A stretch of 64,000 bases of DNA from an uncultured delta proteobacterium (GTDB lineage: Bacteria; Myxococcota_A; UBA9160; SZUA-336). The translations under genes and the position numbers were made by a program. The notes under the pieces were generated by a model. That model saw only the letters and a program-made list of their open reading frames with translations, did no database searches and was not told where the DNA came from. The DNA lies in contig CAVPHD010000012.1 in the NCBI GenBank assembly GCA_963704165.1, forward strand, positions 128,001-192,000, written 5' to 3'. Positions 49,955 to 58,035 of this stretch are shown one piece after another (the first letter of the stretch is position 1; each line of letters starts with the position of its first letter).

Positions 49955-51121
49955 GAGCGGACCCGCTCGCCCGCCGATTCGGTCACGGTGCGTCACATTT
50001 CCGTGTCGCCGCGGAGCCGCTCGCGCCGGTGCCGCCGCTCGCGCCACTGGGCGGAGCGGGGAGCGCCGCAGCGACGGTGGTCGCGAGCGGTCTCATCATC
50101 TTCGCCGGTCTGCGTGCGCTCGATTCGAGCGAAACCGAGCCCGGAGCGCTCCGGATCGTGCCGCTGCATGCGCAGGTCGTCGCGCCGGAGCCGGAACCCG
50201 AGCCGGAGCCCGAGCCGGAGCTCATCGCCGAGCCCGAGCCGCCGCCACCGCCTGCGCCTCGCGAGCCCGCGCCCGCGCCCGAGCCGATTCGCGCCCCCGT
50301 CGCGAAGCTCGAGCGGATCGAGCCACGACCCGCGCCCGCGCCGGTCGCGCGCCGCGTCGCGCCTCCGGTCCGGATCGACCCACCGCGCGCGCCAGCCGAG
50401 TCCGTCGAGACCGCGACGCGGACCGCGTGGCGTCCGCCCTCGGTCGAGCCGAGCGCAAGTCCGCGCGCGAATACACCGCCGCGTGTCGCGATCGACGGCA
50501 TCTCCGGCCCGGCAGAGCCGGTCGCGGAGAACCCGTCGCATGTCCGCAGTCTGCCGCCGGGCGTGCCCGCTCCGCGCCGCGTCGTCGCGCCGACGCTTCC
50601 GAGCGTGATGCCGCCTGCGGCCGCCGCGCCGACACTTCCCGGTGACGGGCCGATCGCGCGCCTGGCCTCGCGCGCGGCTCCGATCGAGGCGCCCGCCGAA
50701 CGCGGCGCCACGCGCGGTGCCCGGCCGCAGCATGTTTCGTTCGCGGGCGCAGCGAGTCCGTCCGCGGCGACGGCCGCGCACGCTCCGGCTTCGGCCGCGC
50801 GCGCGCGCGTCGAGGCCGCACCCATGCCCGCTTCGGCCCGGCGCTCGGAGCCGGAGTCGAAACTGCGTGGCGTGCCGCTCTCCGCGCTCGAGGCCTGCCG
50901 AACCGACCAGCGCGAGGACTCGCTCAAGCTCGCGGTGATCGCCGCCGTCGGAAACAGACATCGAGTGCTCGAACGCCGCGGGGAGCTACCGGTTCGTCGA
51001 GACCAAGAACCTGAACGCGTTTCTGATGTGGATCGAGCGCGCGCCGGGCCGCGCAGCGGTGGACCGCTGCGGCGAGCTCGCGCACGCGCTCGGTTGTCTG
51101 TCACGACCGGGAGCGATGTGA
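49951..51121 (+). CDS. TonB/TolA-like Pro-rich protein with Cys-containing C-terminal domain; frameshift ~50960
   Basis: TM (VVASGLIIFAGL), (EP)n repeat, long Pro/Ala linker; after the shift ECSNAAGSYRFVETKNLNAFLMWIERAPGRAAVDRCGELAHALGCL...; TGA overlaps the next ATG. Confidence 0.6.
50185..50220 (+). repeat. Coding 6-bp-period repeat encoding (PE)n
   Basis: ccggag ccggaa cccgag ccggag cccgag ccggag. Confidence 0.7.
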
Positions 51122-53166
51122 TGAGAATTGGAGCGAGCCTCGGACTGATGGTCCTGACCTGCGCGATCGCGAACCCGGTCCTGGCCGGAACCGAATCGAC
51201 GGTGTGGTCGGGCTACCTCGACTACGCGTACGTCTACTCGTCCGCCGATGCCCGCGCGCTGCGCGAGCGCTTGCAGGGCTACGGAAACGAGGCGGGTATC
51301 TCGCTCGATCGCTACGTCACCGACTACTTCGAGACGCTGGCGCCGCACGAATCCGGCGACGAAGAGGCGCTGCAGCGCAGAAAGGCCATCGCCTATCTTC
51401 TGCTCCACCTCTCGAAGGGCGCGCCCGACGCGCTCGAAGCGAGCGTCAAGTCGATTCGCCAGCTCTCCAATCGACTCGACCGGCACGAGAACGCCTACTG
51501 GTACCACTACATCCTCGCGACGCGCGCGCTCGAGCGCGGCAACGCCGGAGACTTCGTCCAGGAGATCCTCGACGTCTGGCTGACCGTCGTGCTGCCGCTC
51601 GAGGCGACCTACCAGACACTCGACAATCTCTCGCTCTCCGACGCGCCGAACTCCGGCTTTCTCGCAGCGCTTCCCTACGTGTACGAGAACACCGCGCGCA
51701 TGATCGTGCTGCGAAGCCAGGAGAAGGGCGTCGATCGCGACCTCGACCCGCTCGGAACGATCGTGCGGCTGCTCTACGACGGCCGCGTCGGCGCGTATCC
51801 CGACGTGATTCCGCCGGCCGCGTCCTCGCGCGCCTACCTCGAGCGGATCATCGGCCGCATGGACGGACCGGAGTCCGACGTCGGCAGCCTCACCTTCACG
51901 CTCGCGCTGCTCGAGGCCAGCAAGCACCACGAGAACGCGCGCGGTCTTCTGGCGAAGGAGGGCCTCGGTCCCGCGACGCAGCGCGCGCTGCGCACGACCA
52001 CCGGCGCCTATGAGATCGCCTTCAAGCGGGCGCGCACCGTCGAGGGACAGTGCGCGGTGTACTCGCGCGTGCTCCGCGAGATCGGCGAGGTCTACGTCGC
52101 GAAGCAGCGGCTCGACACCGAGGTCGAGCTCGACATGCCGTTCAGCATCGAGGGCGCAATCGGGGTCTGGGCGACGCTGCGCGGATCGATGAACGACGAC
52201 TGGGAGAAACTCGGCTACCAGAACGTGTCGCGCGAGCAGTATCTCGACTCGATGCGCCGTCTCTGGGAGGAGATCCAGGAGACGAGTCTCAACGTCGCCG
52301 ACTACTACCTGTGGCGCGCCGTGAAGGAGCCACAACGCGCCGACGAGTACGCGCGCGCGGCCGCCCGCGTCTACGGCCGCTACCTGGGATTCTTCCACCA
52401 GTACGCGACGGAGGACGGCAAACCCGCGCTTCCGGATTCAGCCTACTTCGCGGCGTTCGAAGCGTCGAAGGGCGTCGGCAACGCGCTTCTCGCCTATGCG
52501 ACGCGGCCGACGTCGGCCGAGGTGGTGCTCGGAACGGAGCGCTATCGCAGCGCGCTCCTGCTCTTCCCGTTCGATCGCGAGCTCTGGCCCGCGATCACTT
52601 CGGGACTCGGCCGTCACGGACGCCAGAGCGAGTACGCCCGGATCGTGCGCCCGATCGCCGAGCACGTCGCGCGCTCGCGCGCGCTCGCGAGCTGGATCGA
52701 CGGCGGCGAGCCCGAGTGGAAGCGCCTTTCGGTCCTCCGAACCGCGCTCGCGGACAGCGAGGTGCTGCTCTACATGGGCTTCGCCGAGAGCTCGAGGATT
52801 CCCGCGCTCGACGCGGAGCTCGAAGACCTGCGAGGCAAGCGCGACACGCTCCTGCGCCAGATCGCGGAGCTCGGCGCGCGGCGCGATGCGGTTCGTGCGC
52901 TCCCGCTGGAACAGTTCCCCGCTTCGCCCGACGCGGGCGCGGACGATCTGGCCGACGTGGCGCAGAAGCTCGCGGACGCGGAAGCACTCCTCGTTCGCAC
53001 GGAGCAGCAGATCGCTTCGCGTTCGCGTGCGCTGCCGCTCTTCAAGGCGACGCTCGAGACCGACGGACTCGCGCAGGAGATGCGCGCCCGGCGCGACCAC
53101 CCGGTGCACGTGCTGCTTCGGCGCATGTACCACGAGGGCCGGCCACTGGAGAAGACGAATGACTGA
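51121..53166 (+). CDS. Large secreted alpha-helical hypothetical protein (~681 aa)
   Basis: Signal peptide MRIGASLGLMVLTCAIANPVLA; Tyr-rich helical body; C-terminal coiled coil; no family recognised. Confidence 0.75.
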   Translation: MRIGASLGLMVLTCAIANPVLAGTESTVWSGYLDYAYVYSSADARALRERLQGYGNEAGISLDRYVTDYFETLAPHESGDEEALQRRKAIAYLLLHLSKGAPDALEASVKSIRQLSNRLDRHENAYWYHYILATRALERGNAGDFVQEILDVWLTVVLPLEATYQTLDNLSLSDAPNSGFLAALPYVYENTARMIVLRSQEKGVDRDLDPLGTIVRLLYDGRVGAYPDVIPPAASSRAYLERIIGRMDGPESDVGSLTFTLALLEASKHHENARGLLAKEGLGPATQRALRTTTGAYEIAFKRARTVEGQCAVYSRVLREIGEVYVAKQRLDTEVELDMPFSIEGAIGVWATLRGSMNDDWEKLGYQNVSREQYLDSMRRLWEEIQETSLNVADYYLWRAVKEPQRADEYARAAARVYGRYLGFFHQYATEDGKPALPDSAYFAAFEASKGVGNALLAYATRPTSAEVVLGTERYRSALLLFPFDRELWPAITSGLGRHGRQSEYARIVRPIAEHVARSRALASWIDGGEPEWKRLSVLRTALADSEVLLYMGFAESSRIPALDAELEDLRGKRDTLLRQIAELGARRDAVRALPLEQFPASPDAGADDLADVAQKLADAEALLVRTEQQIASRSRALPLFKATLETDGLAQEMRARRDHPVHVLLRRMYHEGRPLEKTND

Positions 53167-53689
53167 ACGGACGCTTCGCACCTGGGTCGCCGCCATCGCG
53201 TGCAGCGCGCTCGCGGCCTGCGCGTCGTCGGGGAATCGACCCGCGGATTTCGGCAGCACCGAAAAGGCGGCGGAGGAAACCGCGCCGCTCGGCGGCGCGT
53301 CGCTCGATGTCCGCCGCGAGACCATGGGGCGCATGTACGAGGACCTGATGCACTTCCGCACGTCTCTCGATCACGCCGAGCAACGCGGAGACCGCACGAC
53401 CCAGGTCGCGCTCAACCACTTCGTCGACGCGTACATCGGGATGCACCTCGACCCGATGCTCGCCGGCGAATGGCAGAGCCGTCACCCGGAGCTCTGGGGC
53501 GTCGATGCCGATCTGCGCCTGGCCAAGGCGCAGGTCCTGAAGCGGATGCGCGAGCGAACCCGCGCGGACGACGTGCTCGAGGAGATCGGCACGCGCTACG
53601 CCGGCCGCGAAGACATGCTCGTGCACTATCCGCCCGGAAGTCAGAGCCCGCTCGGCAAGGCCGTGCAACTGATTCGCGACGGAAACTGA
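53159..53689 (+). CDS. Hypothetical lipoprotein
   Basis: MTERTLRTWVAAIACSALAAC lipobox; overlaps the upstream stop. Confidence 0.72.
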   Translation: MTERTLRTWVAAIACSALAACASSGNRPADFGSTEKAAEETAPLGGASLDVRRETMGRMYEDLMHFRTSLDHAEQRGDRTTQVALNHFVDAYIGMHLDPMLAGEWQSRHPELWGVDADLRLAKAQVLKRMRERTRADDVLEEIGTRYAGREDMLVHYPPGSQSPLGKAVQLIRDGN

Positions 53690-53702
53690 GGAAGGATCCC
53701 CG

Positions 53703-54332
53703 ATGGACGGCTCCATGCTCTCGACCCAGGCCACGATCGTCATCGTCATGAGCGGCCTCTCGCTCGTCGCGATCTGCGTTCCTCTCTATCGAGGTCTCGC
53801 GCTGGCCATGCGCGCGTCGAAGGCGACGCGGTTCGTGCCTCGTCCCGCGCTCGAGAAGAGCCTGCAATTCTCGACGAAGGGCCCCGCCGACTCCATCGCC
53901 GTGCTCATGCTTCGCGTGCTCGCCAAGTCGCTGCGCTCGCCCGACGCCCGTGCGGTGGCGAGCGACTTCGTCGTCGATGCGAGCCGGCAGTTCGTGATGA
54001 ACGAGTACGAGTCCAGCTACGCGCGGCCGATCTCGATGTACTCGAACCTGCTCCCGCCGATCGGTCTGGCCGGAAACGCGATCGGAATGCTGATCCTGCT
54101 GGTCTCGAAGCACATGGCCGGCACGCCGCTCGAGCTCGGCGCGCTCGGACTCGCGCTGTCGTCGACGATCTTCGCGCTGCTCGGCTACGCGCTGCTCGAG
54201 GCGATCAAGCTGCGGCTCTACGGCCGGATGCTGCGCTGCCTCGAAGAGGTCGTCTCGCTGCACCGCATGGCCGAGGAGCGCGCGGAGCGCCCGGCCGCGT
54301 CGGGTGCGGCGCCTCTGCCGTCGCCCGCCTGA
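53703..54332 (+). CDS. MotA/TolQ/ExbB proton-channel family protein (divergent)
   Basis: Three TMs; LLPPIGLAGNAIGM and ALGLALSSTIFAL resemble the PxxGLxGTxxGM and ALxTT motifs. Confidence 0.75.
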   Translation: MDGSMLSTQATIVIVMSGLSLVAICVPLYRGLALAMRASKATRFVPRPALEKSLQFSTKGPADSIAVLMLRVLAKSLRSPDARAVASDFVVDASRQFVMNEYESSYARPISMYSNLLPPIGLAGNAIGMLILLVSKHMAGTPLELGALGLALSSTIFALLGYALLEAIKLRLYGRMLRCLEEVVSLHRMAEERAERPAASGAAPLPSPA

Positions 54333-54338
54333 TCCGGG

Positions 54339-56474
54339 TCAGATTCGCGGCGGCGTGGCGACTTCGAGCCTCGTCGAGAAGCCGCGTTCCCGAAGCAGGA
54401 CGGTGACCGGACCGAGCTCCGAGATCTGCTCGAAGCCGATCAAGTAGACGTCGTAGCGATCGCGCTCGTCGCCGCGCCACGGCACGAGCGCGGGTGTTCC
54501 CGCGAGGCCGCGGATCTCCTCGACGACGAGATCGGCCTCCGCCCGCGTCGCGCGCGTCGCCACGAGCACCGCGTACGGCGCGCTCGTGAGCGAGCCCAGC
54601 GGACCGACGCGAAGCAGCTGGCGCTCGAAGGCGAGGCGGCGCGTCGTCGATTCAGCCCGCTGCTCCTCCGGTGAGTCGATCCGGGTCGCCTGCACCGCGG
54701 TGACGAGGCGCCGCGTTCGTGCGACGTCGCGCGTCGAACGGAAGAACCAGCCCAGGATGGGGATGTCCATCAGATAGGGCACGCCGGTCACCGTGCTCGC
54801 GGTCGTGTCGGCGGGCGCCGCGGCCACGAGCATCACCGCACCATCGGTCAGCCGCACGTTCGCATCCACGTCGAACTTGCGCAGCGTCGGCCCGCGCTCC
54901 TCGCTCGAGGTCTCCGATTCGCTCACGACCGTCAACGCATCGGCCACGGAGCTCACCGTGACGTGGAGCTCCAACACGATGATGTCTTCGGTGACGACGG
55001 TCGGCGTGATCTTCAGATCGACGCCGACGTCCTGACGCTGGATCGCGACCGAAGTCACGAACGGATCGGTCGAGCTCGTTCCACTCGCGTCGGTGCCGAA
55101 GTCCGTCGTGGCCGCGGCGCCGGACGAGACGGGGATCGGCACCTGATCGCCGCTGAAGATGCGCTGCTCCTCGCCGGCCGCGGCGAGCAGGTACGGACTG
55201 GTCAGCGCGCGGATCGAGACGTCGCCCTGCGCCGCTGTGATCTGCGCGCCGCCGGTCGGCACGACGGCGACGGTGGGTAGACCGTCGGGCCCGATGATCG
55301 GAATCACCAGCGGCGTGCGCGTGAATCGCGCCAGGAAGGGCTGCGCCTCGGGGGGAGCGAGCAGGCTCGCGGCGTCGCCGATCGCGGTGAACGCGATCGT
55401 GTCGTTCGGATCCTCGATGTGGACGAGCGGGAGCAGCGCGTCGAAGCCGAGCTCGACGCCCTTCGCCGTCTCGACGTCCCAGACGTGCACCTCGATCCCG
55501 ACCCGCGCTGGGATCCGGTCGAGCTCGCCGATCACCCGGCTGACCTGCGCGAAGACCGCGGGCGTCGCGCGGATCACGAGCGAGTTCGTCGCGTCGTCGG
55601 TGACGATTTCGAGCGCCGAATCCGGTAGACCGGAGGCGTCGGCGGACTCGAGCTCGAGTCCGCGCAGATGATCCGCGAGCACTTCGGCCTCGGCGTTCAC
55701 GACGCGGACGACGTGCACGCCGCTCGCCGAGCGTGTCGGAAGATCGAGCGTCTCGATCAGGGCGCCGACCTCGGCGACGCGCGCGGGGGGACCCTGGACG
55801 AGAAGCGAGTTCGTGCGCGAATCGACGACGACACGCCAGGGTCGTTCGGGCGCGTTCCCGGAACCGAACGCCTCGTCGAGCTGGCCGGCGAGCGTCTCGG
55901 CATCGGCGTAGCGCAGCGGGAAGACCCGCAGCTCCGTCTTCGAGGCCTTGTCGAGCGATCGCACCACCACGAGCATCGCGGCGAGACGATCTTCGGGAGC
56001 GGCGATGATCAGACCGTTCGTCGCCGGATACGGCAGCACGATCGCGGCGCGCGTGTCGCGACCGAGGATGTCGGCGATCTCGTCGGGATCGGCCGAGTCG
56101 AGCCGGACGAGGGTCGTCACGAGTCGCGCCGACTCGCTCGACGCCTCGTCATACAGCCACGGTGCGGCGCCGCGACTGGCCTCGATCGGCAGGATCTTCC
56201 AGATGCCGTCGGGACCGGGAGTCGTCGCGTACCCGGTCATCAGGAGCGCCGCGTTCAGGACCTCGAGCGCTTCGTCCGCGGTGATCTCGTCTTCGAGGAT
56301 GATCGTCGCGCGACCGCGGAGATCCCGGTCGTATACGAAGCGCTGACCGGTCGCGCGCGCGACCGCTTCGACGATCGCCGTGATCTCCGCGTTGCGGAAG
56401 TTCAGCACGAGCCCCTGGCCCCGCGCGGAGGCGGCGAGCAGGATCACGATCGCGAAGCCGGCGAGCGCGCGCAT
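54339..56474 (-). CDS. gspD: Type II secretion secretin GspD-like with C-terminal SPOR-like extension
   Basis: LNFRNAEI N0 domain, three N-domain repeats (PLRYADAE, DSRTNSLLV), RQDVGVDLKITP and GVPYLMDIPILGWFFRS motifs. Confidence 0.85.
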   Translation of the reverse strand: MRALAGFAIVILLAASARGQGLVLNFRNAEITAIVEAVARATGQRFVYDRDLRGRATIILEDEITADEALEVLNAALLMTGYATTPGPDGIWKILPIEASRGAAPWLYDEASSESARLVTTLVRLDSADPDEIADILGRDTRAAIVLPYPATNGLIIAAPEDRLAAMLVVVRSLDKASKTELRVFPLRYADAETLAGQLDEAFGSGNAPERPWRVVVDSRTNSLLVQGPPARVAEVGALIETLDLPTRSASGVHVVRVVNAEAEVLADHLRGLELESADASGLPDSALEIVTDDATNSLVIRATPAVFAQVSRVIGELDRIPARVGIEVHVWDVETAKGVELGFDALLPLVHIEDPNDTIAFTAIGDAASLLAPPEAQPFLARFTRTPLVIPIIGPDGLPTVAVVPTGGAQITAAQGDVSIRALTSPYLLAAAGEEQRIFSGDQVPIPVSSGAAATTDFGTDASGTSSTDPFVTSVAIQRQDVGVDLKITPTVVTEDIIVLELHVTVSSVADALTVVSESETSSEERGPTLRKFDVDANVRLTDGAVMLVAAAPADTTASTVTGVPYLMDIPILGWFFRSTRDVARTRRLVTAVQATRIDSPEEQRAESTTRRLAFERQLLRVGPLGSLTSAPYAVLVATRATRAEADLVVEEIRGLAGTPALVPWRGDERDRYDVYLIGFEQISELGPVTVLLRERGFSTRLEVATPPRI

Positions 56475-56519
56475 GCGGCGGAGAATACCGCCGCCGGTCG
56501 GCGCGCGCCGTGAAGCGCC

Positions 56520-58025
56520 TCAGACGATCGGTGCGAACGCGATCAGGGCATCGAAGGACGCGCCCGAGCCGAGGCCGTGCGTCGGCAGGACCGACCCGAA
56601 GCTCCCGACGCGGTCGTGCAGCGCCAGGTAGTTCAGAACCACCGCCTCGGCGAGCAGCGCGACGTTGTTCGCGACCGCGGTCGATGCGGTCTCGACCGAC
56701 CCGGAGGGCCGGAAGTAACCGATCTGCTGTGCCGTCGCGCGCGTCATCGCGGGCCGGCCCGTGGGGCTGTAGACCAGAACCAGGTTCGCGGCGGTGTCCG
56801 AGCTGTCGCCCTTCCAGATCCCCTTGCCGCGCCCGTCGGCGGAGTTGTCGAGCACGCCGTCGCTCGAGAGCGAGCCGTCCGAGAGCACGTAGAGCATGAG
56901 CGGCGCCGCGCGCCGCGCGGCGAACTCGAGCGCCGCTCCCATCATCTGACCGGCCAGGAAGTCGCGGACCTCGCCGGTCGCGCGCGTGCTGTCGTGGTAG
57001 TCGTAGCCACCCTGCTCGATCGTGCCCGCGCCCGCGAAGCCTTCGACGACGAGCTTCATCACCGCCGCGGTCTTCGCGAAGCGGCCCTGATTGAGCTCGG
57101 CCGCGGTGAAGATCGGATTGGCGCCGGTGGCGATGTCGGGATCGACCAGCGGGTTCACCAGATCGGGATTTCCGTAGCGCGCGATCAGGTCGGTCGTCTG
57201 GGTGTAGTTGCACAGGATCTGAGACTCGAGCGCCGGGTCCTCGTTCTCGTGCGCGAGCTTGATCGCGCTGATCTCCTCGGCCGCGCGCGCGACCTGCCCG
57301 GCCTGCGTCTGGTTCAAGAGCGACACGAGATTTCCGGTGTCGATCAGTCCGGTCGCGTCGCGCGCGGAATCGACCTTGGTCGGACGCTTGGTCGGATCGA
57401 TCATCGACATCGGCGCTTCCGAGTTTCCGCCCGAGACCGAGCTCACCGAACCGACGAGCGTGACGAGCTCGCCGTCCGCGCCGGCGCGGTTGATGCCGTA
57501 CATGGGATTGTGCGGGTTGTTGTCGGTGTCGTTGTCGGAGCGCGCGCAGAAGATCGTTCCGTTGACGTTCGCACGCGTTGCAGCCGAGGTCTTCGACAGG
57601 ATGCCGCGCAGGAACGCGCTGTCGGAGTGGAACGCGATGCCGAGCTCGGTGTTCACCTGACCCGCGTTGCCCGGCGTCATGTCCGAGGGCAGGCCGAGCT
57701 TCGAGTAGCCTTCGCCGGTGAGGAGATCGAGCTGACCGCCGGGTCCACCGACGAGAACGTTCGAACCGGCGATGCTCGCGCCTCCGGCGAGATCGATGCA
57801 CAGGAACGGAATCAGCCCCGCGCCCGCGCGCAGCACGCAGCCCGCGCCCTGAGCGCGCGCGGTCGAGGCGCGAAGCAGCGAGAGCAGCGTCGGCGCCATG
57901 ACCAGGCCCGCGCCCGAGAGCAGCCCGCGCGCGAGGAAGTCGCGGCGCGTGACCGGACGCCGGTGGTCCTCGAGCCGGAGCGGCGCGTCCGCAGGGTGGG
58001 TGTGTCTTCGCTTCATCTCGCTCAC
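56520..58025 (-). CDS. Tat-exported protein (DUF1501/DUF1552-like partner of cytochrome module)
   Basis: TRRDFLARGLL twin-arginine signal; GGYDYHD and LSDGS motifs. Confidence 0.65.
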   Translation of the reverse strand: MSEMKRRHTHPADAPLRLEDHRRPVTRRDFLARGLLSGAGLVMAPTLLSLLRASTARAQGAGCVLRAGAGLIPFLCIDLAGGASIAGSNVLVGGPGGQLDLLTGEGYSKLGLPSDMTPGNAGQVNTELGIAFHSDSAFLRGILSKTSAATRANVNGTIFCARSDNDTDNNPHNPMYGINRAGADGELVTLVGSVSSVSGGNSEAPMSMIDPTKRPTKVDSARDATGLIDTGNLVSLLNQTQAGQVARAAEEISAIKLAHENEDPALESQILCNYTQTTDLIARYGNPDLVNPLVDPDIATGANPIFTAAELNQGRFAKTAAVMKLVVEGFAGAGTIEQGGYDYHDSTRATGEVRDFLAGQMMGAALEFAARRAAPLMLYVLSDGSLSSDGVLDNSADGRGKGIWKGDSSDTAANLVLVYSPTGRPAMTRATAQQIGYFRPSGSVETASTAVANNVALLAEAVVLNYLALHDRVGSFGSVLPTHGLGSGASFDALIAFAPIV

Positions 58026-58035
58026 CTCTTCCGTG

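Noticed and set aside
49951..53166. 1071-aa TonB-like/helical fusion ORF in the track
   Set aside because: A frameshift near 50960 joins two genes; the alternative frame gives a sensible C-terminus ending at TGA overlapping ATG 51121, which starts a fresh signal peptide.
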